Shown here: piece by piece, positions 36,095-49,095 of the stretch | How positions within the stretch are numbered: the first letter of the stretch is position 1 | Layout of the letters: each line of letters starts with the position of its first letter | Assembly (NCBI GenBank): GCA_036172245.1 | Contig: JAYWIR010000029.1 | Location: 2,666,001 to 2,730,000, forward strand | Source of the DNA: Raillietiella orientalis | Taxonomy: Eukaryota | Reading direction: 5' to 3' | Length of the DNA stretch: 64,000 nt | Program-made: the position numbers and the translations under genes | The notes under the pieces: model-generated | The model's input: only the letters and a program-made list of their open reading frames with translations | The model's database searches: none | What the model was told of the DNA's origin: nothing

Positions 36095-38039
36095 TTGCAA
36101 AATGGAAATTAAAGAGCCATATATCAAATAGCATGTAATTCTTATCATTTGGGATATGTACTTTTGAAACATTCGTAAGTCTTCTTTGTTTCAGGAAGCA
36201 AGGTGCGTCCTTAGTTGATTGTGTTACATCATTTCACATCTGACATTTAAAGACTGTGTTCATTTCAATTAAATATGGATAGTGTTTTATAAGGTAATGT
36301 CGCTTTTGATAATATTTAAAATTATAGTGTCATGTGCTCGTATGTTTTACGTGTGTGTTGCCAGGTTTTTCAAAACTTTCCCAATTTCTTTGTGCACTCT
36401 GAGATTCTGTAGTCAAAAAAGTTTGTTCTTCCCTTATGTATGTATTAATTTTTCTTTGTTGTAACTGTGTGGGTTTCCACTTCATGGATAAAGGTATGTG
36501 AAAAGCAATTTGTGGTTTCATGTAAACAGATATGTAAAAATTCCATTGCAGATAAGTTGTATCAATACTTGAGAGTTTTATGTGCTTTTCAGGGTGCTTT
36601 TTGTTCTGATGAAAATTTGTATCGTATTAGTATTTTACGTTCATGTGTGGTTTGTCTTTACGACTTAAGTTTTCATGTTGTTGTACACATGTTATTGTGG
36701 TTTTACTTTTACTGAAAGTACCCCTTTTTTTTTTTTTTGTATTTAGTTGTGCACACGACCATGATTTCATATTGAAACTAGGTAGTGGGACTTAAATCCT
36801 AAAAAGTGCTGCCCTTGCAATGCTTTCATTTTGTGTGTGTGTGTTTTTTGTTGCCTTCAGTGCTGTTCTAGAATTTTTGGCAGTTCAAGCATGTTGTGTA
36901 TTCTACTCAAAGTAAACGACAATGGCTATTCTTGAGTAAAGTTAATCTGTCTATTTGCAGTGGAAACAGAAATTCTTAAGGGAAGGAGATTGTATTGTTT
37001 CATAATTACCCTTAGTGTTATGGTATACTTTTCTGGAATTCATGCCATCTGTAACAGAAGTCTTTTAGATACCATTTTTATTAATGTGTTATTTTGGAAC
37101 ACAGATGCTTCAGCCCAGGTTCTTCTGAAAGATGCATTCAGAATGAATGGTTGTCTTCTTTTTGCATAAATCAGTATAGTGTGTGTGTGTCTATGCTGCA
37201 TGTGCATTTGGATGAACAAGCACATAACAGGGTTACATATGTAAGTGAGAATATTGGGAAATTTGATGGCATAATGCATGTAACTAAAGTGGTTTGCAGT
37301 TTTGAAATAGATAGTTTTGAACATTATCCACCAATTGATCTGTGCATTCTGTCAGAATGTAAGTATCTGAGAAACAAAGGGGATCTCATTTGAACTATGA
37401 ATCACAATGTGGCTTGAAATTAGAGGGTTGATTTAGCTGATGTATTTGGTGAATTCAGAGTAAGAGTAAACATCACACAGAGTAAAGATGTCAGAAAACT
37501 TTGTTATTATTCTTTATAACAGTAAATACTAATTGCAGAGTTAGTTGCACATTTTCAAGAATTCCTTTTTTATACCACTTTGCAAAAATCCAAGTGTAAA
37601 TTGAAGTGGAGTTTTTTTAAAAAAGTAAGCATCAATCAAAAACTTGTGGAGCCAGTTGCGAAAATTAAAAACAAATTCAAACATGCTGTCACAAGTTTTC
37701 AGCATGTTTGTTGTATCAACAAATGCTTTGCGATGTTATAAGTGTTTAGGAACTTAAGTGTTTATTGCAAAAATGGATGTTGATTGCACAGCTGTCACCA
37801 AGTAACTGCACCTTTTTTTGTAATTTGTTTTTTGTGTGTGTTTGCTTTTTACGTTTTAATCTCGAGACTGCTACAGGGAAGTGTTGTTTGGAAGCGCTCT
37901 TAGCGAAAGTGCAGGATCTGAAAAGCTTTCGTATACGGAAAACAATTCTAATCTGTAAAACAGCATTTTCAGACATTTTCGTTTTCTGAGCAAAACACAC
38001 AGAAAAAAGGGAAAATTCATAAATTCGTTTGTTTGTTTT

Positions 38040-38225
38040 GCTTGTATCGATAAAAATAATGTTTCAAGGTCACAGGCACTAGTGTCGAACAGAAATGTTT
38101 TCAGAATTTTTTATTTTTTTATTAAAACGTCGTGTTAATTGTGTAACGTCATACTTTTTTGTTCAATACGTGATTCTGTCGCTTTTTTGTATTGTTTTAC
38201 GTCATATCCTTTCTGTAATAGTGAG
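38040..38225 (+). promoter_or_regulatory. Candidate ZFAND5/6 promoter or 5' UTR region
   Basis: DRE-like TATCGATA at 38045-38052, GGTCACA at about 38068, ACGTCA half-CRE sites, local CpG enrichment, and a possible UTR intron 38221-38393 (GTGAGC...TTACAG). Confidence 0.3.
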
Positions 38226-38425
38226 CGTGTCGCAGAACTTAATGAAGTAGACGAGGTGCACTTTTTTTAAAAAAAAAAAAAAAAAGGAAAGAAAGAAAGT
38301 GTTCAAATGCAATTGAATGTAATGTAATTTTCGTGATTTAAAATGTGTATTGATGCCGCATTAAGGTGTAACTTACGTTAACTTGGCATTACAGAATTTG
38401 TCCTTCCAAGTAAAAATTTTCTGTC

Positions 38426-39267
38426 ATGGATCAGGACGCAAATCAAATGCAGGCCACCCCAACCCTTTGCAGATCAGGATGCGGGTTTTACGGCAATTCA
38501 TCTTTTGATGGCATGTGCTCGAAGTGCTATAAAGATTCCATCAAGAAGAAACAATCTCCACCCAATAGTGGATGTCTCAGCTCGGGATCCAGTTCCCACA
38601 GTGCAATACCTAGCCCAACGTCCCTTACTGGCCTTCCCACAGTCCCTATATTAGCATCAACTTCAGCTTCCGAGGTAAGAGAGCCCGAGGTGCCCGTCGT
38701 TGGGAGATGTGCTCCAAAAAATGCTTTTCGAAGTGGAAGAACCTGAGACTTCTCGGGACAGCCTAATCCGCAATGTTCCGTTCCCTCTGCCTCCTGTGTG
38801 TGATCTTCATTAAGAGAGGTCCTTTCTTATCGGCGTGTTGTCATGGCTCCCATTGTTTTCTGCACATTTAACGCAAATTTCTGTTCTTCTCTCTCGCTTT
38901 CTGTCATTTCTACCCTCCCCGTATGATTGGGCATACTAAGTATGGTACGTCATGCCACTACCTACCCACTACCATTCACTTTTGCTGTTTATAGCAACCA
39001 CCGCAACCCGAGAGAGATGAGGCTCCACAAACCGCGGCATCTTGCAACAGCCCTGATGATGATGGGAAAAAGAGGAAGAACCGTTGTGGAATTTGCAAGA
39101 AGAAGGTGGGCCTGACCGGTTTCGGATGCCGTTGTGGTGGGCTGTTTTGCTCAGTACATCGATACAGCGATAAACACCATTGTTCGTTTGATTATCGTCG
39201 TCTGGGAGCCGATGAAATCCGTAAAAACAATCCGGTTGTGGTGGGAGAGAAGATTAGCAAGATCTGA
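38426..39267 (+). CDS. ZFAND6: AN1-type and A20-type zinc finger protein (ZFAND5/ZFAND6-like), 2 coding exons 38426-38674 and 38995-39267
   Basis: A20 finger [25 protein letters not shown]1 finger [39 protein letters not shown]...[12 protein letters not shown]; donor GAG|GTAAG, acceptor tttatag. ZFAND5 versus ZFAND6 cannot be resolved in an invertebrate. Confidence 0.93.
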
Positions 39268-41695
39268 GCAGCGCCGTGATGGGGCGTCGTCTATCCACTT
39301 TGTGCTAGTGGTTTACTGCGCGTGTGTGCGTGCGTGACAGTAGTCAAATACAAGTCTTTTCTCTTCTGTTCTTTAAATCCATGGTTTTTTGTAAAAAAAA
39401 AAAAAGGAAAAAAAAACAAAAGCGGTCGCACACGAAACTTCTTCCTCCATTGCCATCATTACGAGAGGATCACAAGTAGGAGAAAAAAAAACACTACCTA
39501 CACCCACAAAGAAAAAGCCCCCCAGCTCAGGAAGGAAGTCTCCCTCAAGCTGTAAAAAAAAAAAAAAAAAAAAACAGGATCTTAACAGGATCCACGACGA
39601 TGTAGTGTGCATAAACCCCCCATGTAAAAAAAAGAGCTGTACGAGACGCAGGCTTGCAATGAGCTGCGTGAATAGAAAAAAAATAGAAAAACTAAACTTA
39701 CAAAAAAAACTGTTTTATTTAACCACAATAACACATTACAATCAATTTTGCACTGAGGCACTTCCATGAAAAGTCGTCTTAGAAGACTATGGGGTAAACA
39801 TTCTTGTAAGACGTAAGGATGAATCTCACCCGGTGATGACCTACGAGACATCAAAAACCGAGTAAGATTCGTCCCGACTTCAAACAAGCAAGCCTTCACA
39901 CGCTATCACATCAGAAACATAAATGGAAGCATGAGCAAACGAGCGTCCTTTCCCTTTGCTTGCAAGGTTGCCAGACGTGTCAAGGCCAACCCCGGCTGGA
40001 TGAGTGTCAGGTCTAGTCATGATAAAGGGATAGCACGGCTCCGACCTCACTCACCGAGTTGGGGTAGCATTTCAATGCATTCTCACCCGATTTGGCAACA
40101 TCGCCAAAATTATCCTTCTTGGCCAAGGACGCGACAAGGTCGCTGCTGACTTTCTTGAGGGCGGGAATGCTGGAGATCGCACCCAGTGATGAATTTCAGG
40201 TTACTTACATGACCGGACAGGATCTCCGGCACCGTCGCCATGGGTCTTCCGGAGTCCAGGTAAAATCGACTGTGATACATTGTTCACGGCTGTATTAAAC
40301 AGTCGGAATACCTGGAAACAAGAGCCCTATTTGGGCGCTGCAAAAGTTGATCGACCGCAAGCTGAATCTCATGGTGCTATGGGGGTTGTGCTGTGCATAT
40401 GTCACACACAAGATCCAGCACACGGGCGAAAGATATCCTGAACTGTATGATACACACTTTCCAGATGAATGTAACCCGGTGACGTATACACTGACGCCAC
40501 AAGGAAACATCCTCTAGAAAGTAAGTATCCCATCCATAAATCAGACAAAACGGCGCTCAACAAAACTCCCCAGCCGTCTTACTTTGCTGATTTAGCTTTA
40601 CGAATTTTCTAAAAACCGTCATTCAGCTAAATCACCAAAGAAACACGAACCAGAGATCCTCACAACTCGATGCAGTAGGCCACTTCTACACGCTTCCCGG
40701 TGAACCTCAAACAGCACACTTCCCACGTCAAACAAAGTCAACTATGTGCCATCTGAGTTCAACCACCTTGTTCAGAAGCTTTTATACCATTTTTATAGCA
40801 CCGCCCACACAGCAGAATGACTGGAAAGCGAAATTTTATTTGACCTGACATTTAAATGACCTTTGATTAGAGTAACATTAAACCACATTCTGTGATGATT
40901 AGCGGGTGGAACCAATGGAGCGAAGATTTGGCTTTCCAATGGGAAGATCCAAAGCGATTTTAATTTCTTGGAAACTCTAAGAAAGAAAAGAAAAGAAAAG
41001 AAGGAAAAAAAAAAAAACTTTTCGGTCGGACTTTCGGTTCGCACAAGAATTCCAAACAGGAAAAATGACTCGGCAATACCCTCAGTGAAACACGTCTAGA
41101 AACCTTTGCTATTTCATGTAACTGGCTAAAACTAAACGCGTGGCTTGATTTATTTTTCGTTTTTTTTTTCTTTAAATAAAAATAAGATGCAGGCGTTAGA
41201 GAAAAGCTGCCGGTGGCAAAGCACGCTGCAACGGGGCACGTTTGAATCGGGAAAACGAAAGTTCCAGGCTCTCGACTCGCCTGTTGATGATGGAATTGCA
41301 GGATTCCTTTTGGCTACGAACATCAAATTGCCATCATGTAAAATCATTAATGCTTGTTTGTCATCGAGGACTACCCAGACTGACGATGTCTTCTGTTGAT
41401 CCTACCCTTTGGTATATGCGCTTTCAATAGGGTTGTTTGTTCTCGTTTCGATTTCAAGTTATGCAGACGCGACGACTTTCTTTTGGCCATTAAAAAAAAA
41501 AAAAAAAAAAAAAAAACTATAGATGAGTCACGGCACATATCACGTATGAAAGCCACAATGTTAATGTACGCTTTCGATTATTTGTACGCGCCTCGCTCTT
41601 CTACTTATGAATGGAGATGGAAAAATTCTTTACAATCGTCCCAACGTTATCGTTTCGTGCCAGGAAATGGTGTTTTCTCGCTTTTTTTTTTCTTT

Positions 41696-41728
<33 letters not shown>

Positions 41729-44405
41729 CACTGCTTTATCTTGGTGGAAAACAAGAAAACATGCATCCCCTTGAAATTCTTGGGCCCACTTCTGGGGTTC
41801 TTTTGATTCGAAGTCGAAGATAATACTTCACGGGAGCAGTCATTCGTCATACGTTCACGCGATCCGTAATTGCTTGTGTGAGAAAAATGGGGGGGGGGAA
41901 CTCAACCTGTTGAAATTATTAAAAAAGTTTGATCTTTTCTAAGGGTTTTTCGATAGCAGTCCCAACCTTTGCAAGTTCCACAACGGCGGCAGCAAGGCTT
42001 GGGTGACACAGGCGAAAAACGTGAGCTTGGGGCGAAATGTTCTTCCTTAATGGTGCCGCGCGCGTGGGTAACAGCAGGCATACATTGTTTTTGTATTTCG
42101 TATCGTACGGTAGAATGGTTGCCCTGTTCTCTCTCTCTCTATCCATGGGCCTCCTTCCCTCTGCCCGCTTCCAGATGATTCTAAGCAGACTTTCTGATTC
42201 TGCGATTTCACCATCCTTGACCGAAACTGCGTTTTCCAACATCGAAACAAGAAAACTGGGAATGGTGTCGCCTTAATTCTGGAAGTCTCCGAAGGACAGA
42301 CAGGAAAAAAACTGGGAAACACCAATGTACAACTCGCTACATATAAAGACAAAAGGATATGAATACGTTCTGTTTCCAGCAATTTGCTGTGAATTTTCGA
42401 ATCCGAAGGAAACGGAGCAAATGAGCCTCACGCTGAGCAGGCGCGTTGGGAATTGCTTTGAAAATTGACGTCTACTGGCGCTTCCATTAGAGTCGACGGA
42501 CGGGAAAGTGGATCGGCATTGAATCTGAGATGGTCTCGGCATCCACCTGATGAGCGAAGGTGTTTCAGCACTCGAAGGCTCCTTTCCTACACGACTTATT
42601 TCTTACCTTTATTTCCAGGATCAGTACTTTCAGTGTGTGTTTTCTCCGTTTCCGGAGCAGAAACAGTCCGTGAGATATGACGTGTACAAGCCCGAAGTTG
42701 CTTCTTTCATATATTTCCTGACGGTATTTTCTTTAGACTGAGTGGAAATATTAGGTGCCGAGCGTTACAAAAGTAAAGTTCGGAAAATGAATCGAAAGGC
42801 ATCTGAGGATTCGGTGTTCAAAAGACATAGTATAATCGCTCGTTGACGAACATCCCGTGTGGAAGATCCCTCCATCCAGTCCACAATGGAAAGAATTCGA
42901 AAATCGTGAATAGCACCGTGAATGGAGAGCAAAGCGATGTGGAAGAAACTTCCTCACTAATTACGAGCAGTCCCAATTATATCCGTGTCCCAAGAAGCAA
43001 AGTGAATGACTCTTCGTGGATGAGCGACTTTGAAGTCACTCTCAAAAGCGGGAAAGAGCCCCATTCACTTTTCTGCTTGCGAAGAATGATGCACGTATTT
43101 TCTTTTTCCCCTTTTTCTGTTGCTGTTCGAACCTTTCTGCTTCTTCTTCCTTTTTCTTCACCGACTCACCACCGAACGATGCCACAGCACGGGAACCCGA
43201 TTTTCCGGAATGCCTTCTTTTTTCGTTCTTTTTGTCGCGCATCTCTGCCGTTCCGTTTATCTCGTGTGCAGCTGGTTCCCACCGGAGCGTGCTGTGCCGG
43301 ACGCGTGCAGCCTCCTCGGTGGATGTTGTTTGACTTCCAGTTCTGGGGCAATTAGCTAACAGTGAGAAGCGTCTTTCCAGAGCGTCGGAAGGAAACTGTG
43401 GAGCTGCTGAAACTCTCCTGCCGAGGGCTGGAAGTTCTGGTTGGAGTTCACTCTTCAGATATGTATTCGGCAGTGTTAGAATAAAGGTTTACAAAAGCCG
43501 CCCGGCTCTCCTTCGAATAGCAATTAGCAGCCTGTGTAATTCATTGACCTTCCGATTAGTGTGCATTCGTTTTCTGCCGATCTGTTGATTTCGTGTCCAA
43601 AACGGACTCGTTCGGCGCCGAAGGCCACAATTCGTTCAGTTCGTGTGTTTTCGTGCACGGCACGATACCTTCTGTCACTGTTTGTACAACTCTCTGCATT
43701 CGTGTGGTCAGCAACGTACATGTTGGAATTCGGGATGAGGTTTCGGTCTCGATTTTCTCAGTTCGCATTGCCCCTATGCAATTAACGAAAATTGATCAGT
43801 AAGTTATCCCGAAAGGGGAACCAGCTTCATATTTTCGAGACGCATTCAGGGGGAAGTTCAGGGAGTGCTTCACAGTAAATCACTGTGTAAACACACACAA
43901 AAAGCGATATACTGAAGCGTGGGGATGTCCACGTGCTCTTACGTGTTGGTTTCGTTCACGAAAGCACTCGAATTCTTTTCCAGCACTGCTTGAAGACTCG
44001 CTAAGTGTTTAAAACAACATTTTTTTTTTTTTTAAAAAGAAAAGCAGAATACTCCCTATTCTGATCATTAGCTGTGATTGAAACTATAGATGAATCCACG
44101 TGGTTTTCACGAAGATTGAGAGCTTCTAATAATCTACACCATAAATGTGCCATCTGTAAACATTGTACTTTCCTCGACGTAAATATTCAAAGTTATTTAT
44201 TTTTGAAAAGATACTGCAAATACATCTGAACACCGGTTCTTAGACTTGAATTCAAAACTGCAGCAGCAGACAGTATACGATGGTTCACCAGCAAAACGGA
44301 CTGAGATTGATTCCGAATTGGGCGTGGGCGTGTGTGTCGTGGTAACATTTCGGAGAGGTGCTATCAAGATATGTATATAATAGCATACATGTTAGTATGT
44401 ATGCG

Positions 44406-44551
<146 letters not shown>

Positions 44552-47428
44552 TTTTGAAACCATTCTATCTCTAATTTATTAATGGAACTATCAAATACAG
44601 AGAAATAAGAAGGTACATTTTAAAGACATGAGTACATCAAGGATTACACGTGTGCTGTTGTATAATGTATTCTTCATAGCCTCCGATTCTTACACACCTT
44701 TTTTTGTGTCCATGTGCACAAGTATGTTACGGATGTTTATGAATAAAGAAATGTGTATTTAATTTAAAAAAAACTGCAATAGTAAAATACTGCATTTTTG
44801 CGTTACGAAACAGTGAATAAATATCAGTTTTCGCTTTTTTGTGCGTGTGAAACTACAAAATTCCTTTTTTTGCAAACGTGGTTGCACTTTCTGGCTCGCT
44901 TCATTTTGTTCTCCAAAGATACATTGCGTGTAGCATGAATGCTCCAACTCGAAACTTTCTACATTATTCTTCACGTGTTTATTACTTTGCTGAATCCATT
45001 GTGGAATCGGTCGAAAGACACGACGCTTGTAACCGATTTTAGGTTTCCATAGCATGTTTCATGGTACATAAAGAATTGGTCGAAATTGAATTCCCGATTA
45101 CGGATTTGTGGATTTCGGATTCCGATATGCAAGTAACATGAGTAATTAAAGGCAATGTACTATGCAAAATGCACACAAAGTGTATCGTATTGTATTGTTC
45201 GCAGCCCACACTTCCCGTGTTCGTGTGTGCACCACGTGTCTCCGCAGAAGCCTTTTCCATTCATACTTTGAATACTGCCACGTGGGTATGCGCTCCCAAA
45301 GTCGGGTCTTGCATCGTTTTTTGTTATAAAGGGGTAGACTTTCTGCAGGACTGTTCCAGAGGATGGAAACTGCAACGTCCTCCATAGCCATACCATGTGG
45401 AGACAGTGCCGACGATTTTCTCAGAAAAGAAGAACGAGCTGTATAATACAAAAGCTCCCTCTTAGCCGACCCTCTTAGTAAAATTCATGTCTTACGCGGG
45501 GTGAGACGGAATTTCAGTTCATACCTACCAAAGCTGGAAAGTCTTCATCACTGAAAAAAAAAAAAAAAACACTTAGAAATGAAGGTTCCACTAATAGGGT
45601 TTTCCCACTCGCACAGCGAAGCTTTCGGGTTTTCGTTTGTTTCCACATCCTATATACTATCATCTGTGGTTTCATACTTTAGCACAAAATTATATACACT
45701 ACTAAATATTGAGGTTTTCCTTACATAGTTTGCAGTCGTAAACGGCGATCAAATTCTCAGCTGTTAATACGAAATGAAAATGACGACGAAGGAGTGTGCA
45801 TGCAAAATTGTGCACATCTTTTTTGTGCAGAATCTGTAACTAAATATGTGGTTGCAATCACACACACATTTTTTTTTTTTTTTTTTTGAGAAAAAAGTTG
45901 CGGTTTGCCTGCTGCTGCATGGCTGCATGTGCCATACAACCATTAGAAACTATTACCCAGTAAGCAGTAATAGCCTGTCGTTATTTGTTCGTTTACCTTT
46001 GAAACCCCATCAGGAGAAACCCTAAATACGACTGCAAGTAATAAACATGCTCAACACGTTTCCATTCAGCGATAGTTTCTAGTTTGTATGCACGTTGGTC
46101 CAGAAGAGAGATTCTCCCCAGAATTTTCAACTGAATTTCTTGATAGCATTCACTCTGTTAATCCCACAGTTCATCGAATGATTGGCGGTTGCTTTCACAT
46201 TCCTTCGAGCATTAAGCCGTTGGTAAAGTCGCCTGTTAATAGTTGTCTATAGCCAGAAAATGAACTTGAAGAATTGTCCTTCCGTCAACGTTTTTTTTTT
46301 TTTTTTTTTCATTGTGATTTTTCTTCTTCTAATTTCCTCATAATAACTCAGAAAGAAACCTTCGTCTCCCCTCTGTACAAAACGAAAGCAAGATTAAGAT
46401 TCCGGGAACCGAAAAACACTGCATGGTGATTCGATTGCTTGCATCCGAGGTCCTTGCCACGTGCTCTGAGCAAACCCTGTGAATTCGTACCAAAATGTTG
46501 TAACTTTGACAATTTGGTCCCCACACGGACAGTTAGCATACAAGGATTTGTTGTAAGCATGTACAGATTTTCGTGAATGATAATTTTATGTTTGAAGTTG
46601 GGTCGTGGCGAGAACGAGAGCGTGTAGTCATGTCAGCTTTGTGCAGTTGAATAGAAATTTTCAAGTGTCACGCACTGGCAGTGTAGTCAGTTATGTTGAG
46701 CATATTGGGACTGTGTTCCTTCCTGGATTATTTTCTGACAGCCATATCTTTCAGCAAGATTGTACACTTGAAAGTGATTCATATTAATATTAGGTGTGCT
46801 CATCACAAATCTTTGGTCAGGGAAGCATTTTGGCGAATATTCATTTGCATCGTTACAACGCAATATTCTTCAATCGTTACAACCATGAGAATTTTCGAGA
46901 AATTTTATTAAAAAAAAATATTTACATATACATAAAAATAATCATTATCCATTATCGTGTGTTTACAATTCGAAACAGAACTTTTGATTACACAACATGA
47001 TGCTGCATATCTTGAGTATTTTAATTGCAAAACAGGAACTTAAAGCCATGTGCCACAAATGTTTCTTGAAAGAATTCTTTCAGGATCAAGTATGTTACAT
47101 CATAATGATCTTACATGAGAGTGTTAAGCATGTTTCATTTTCTCATTTCTGTCCATGTTTGCAAGAGTATAGACTGTTGCAAAGCAAACAAACGTTCAAG
47201 CTTCATACACTGGAGAGCATGGATACTCTTTGAATGGTAATGAAACTGATGATCATGTGAAGAGGACAGCAAGCAATGAATCCATCTTGCTACTTGCTTG
47301 TCCCCCACCAGGAAACAAGATTTGATTCTAAGGTCTCTCTAGACTGCCTTGGCACGAAAGCAGAGAAGTGAAGGCATCTAACTGGCAGGTCCAAGCCATA
47401 AGGGTGAAAACCCTGCATTCTCTCAAAT

Positions 47429-49095
47429 TTATGTTTTCCTGGACAACTGAGCTAACACACATCATACAACATTGTGTTTAGTTCTATTTTCTTTCTTACC
47501 CAAAGTTTTTGGGACCAAAGAACATAGCTCTTGTAGACGTTCTTCAACACATGCTGCTGTAAGCCTTGCTTCAGCATCTTGATCCCAACAGTCTTCCAAT
47601 GTTTCCTGAAGAAGATGCACAGCAGACTGAGAATCATCCCAGCAATCAGGGAATAATGGGCGAGTTTTGTGACGAGAAACCAGTACTTGCACCTGCTCAA
47701 AACTGGGATGCATACCCAATTCTGCTTCAAAAGGAAGCTCATAAGGTGGAACAGGCTTGGCTAGGTCAGAGCAACGGCATGCCATCTCCCATAAGACCAA
47801 GCCCAAAGCATAAACGTCGATTTGCTTGAGAGCACTTTCACAGTCCCGGAGATTTACAGCTCCTTCTAGCACTTCTGGAGCCATATACCTTAAGGTGCCC
47901 ACATCAGTTAAAGCCCAAGTTTCAGCCTGTAACTGTTCTCCCAATATAAAATAAGCAGAACCAGATGTTTGGAGAGCAAATCCCAAGTCACATAGCACAC
48001 ACTGAAGATCAGCAGACACAAGAATATTGCGGCTACTGAGGTCTCGATGGCACACAACTGGCTTCCCTGGAAGAGGGACATGCAAATGTGCAAGTCCCCT
48101 AGCCACTCCCAGCATCATCTGCGAACATGTATGTAGATCCAGTGTATTTTGACGCAGATAGTCTTGGAGGCACCCATTGGACATATATGGGAGTACTAAC
48201 AAGGCATCTCCATTAGGACTCTCCTGTGCTCCTAAGCACTGAAGCAGATGAGGGTGATCCATGTGAGGCAAACTGTACACATCTCTTTCATGAGCAAAGT
48301 GTTTGCAGTTAGCTGCTGAAAATGCTTTGATGGCAACCTGTTGAGTTCCTAGCCAACCACGCCACACACTACCATACTTCCCATGATCTAAAAAACAACA
48401 TGACAAACCATTATGATGCACATGCTTACCTATCAATTCCTCTAGCTGCAAAGATGTGGGATCCATGCTAAATTTTTTACTGGGTGGTTCCAACAACCTC
48501 ATCATAGCTCCTACACCTTTGTTTCGTCTCAGCCATAAGTGATATAAGACGGCAAGAAATAGGCCAATCAGTAAGAGAGAGCCAAGTGTTGTTGTTAATA
48601 ATTCAGCTATCAAATGGCCATCCCCTTGATCCAAATATTGAGATGCTAAGTTTCCAAAGATGCTGATTTGTGAAGAAAATCTTCATAATCACCTGGCAGG
48701 TGTAGCTCTTCATTTAATGTGAAATTTGTATTGCAAAAGTCTCCTTGACAACAACAAAACATATGTCCTCCTTTTTTCAGGTGAGAAACACATTCTTCAT
48801 GACCACATTCGGAAGCAGGAGAAGAATCTGCCATTTCCCAACAGCCTTCTCTACACAATTAGTACTCTCACTGAGACCAAGATTTACCTTGCGCCATTAT
48901 GATTGTTTCAGTCTCATTCCCCAATAATGATTCTCTCCAGAGGGCATAACAATAACTATTAGCTTTTTCACACTTTCTAAAAATTTCTTGTCCTGTTAAG
49001 TTCCTAGACAAAATATCTGCTTTGATTCCCTGAGCATATTCATCTGCCTGCATAACTTCATTTTGGGAGAAGGCACATAGCAACTTTTTTATCAT
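47429..49095 (-). CDS. BMPR2: Bone morphogenetic protein receptor type II (BMPR2 / wishful thinking-like serine/threonine kinase)
   Basis: Exons 49095-48888, 48845-48693, 48645-48430, 48387-47500 and a short uncertain last exon (47451-47429). Activin-receptor ectodomain LCAF...CYALW...QGCW...FCCCQGDFCNTNFT, TM segment LGSLLLIGLFLAVLY, kinase motifs VAIK, HRDLSSRNILV, DLGFA, VGTLRYMAPEVLEGAVNLRDCESALKQIDVYALGL, DCWDQDAEARLTA. The true N-terminus and C-terminus are uncertain. Confidence 0.92.

Noticed and set aside
40050..40380. Endonuclease-like fragments (G.HFNAFSP, GKID)
   Set aside because: Too degenerate to support by eye.
45146..45451. FG..P..IQSMNGKGF integrase-like peptide
   Set aside because: An isolated weak motif with no flanking retroelement features.
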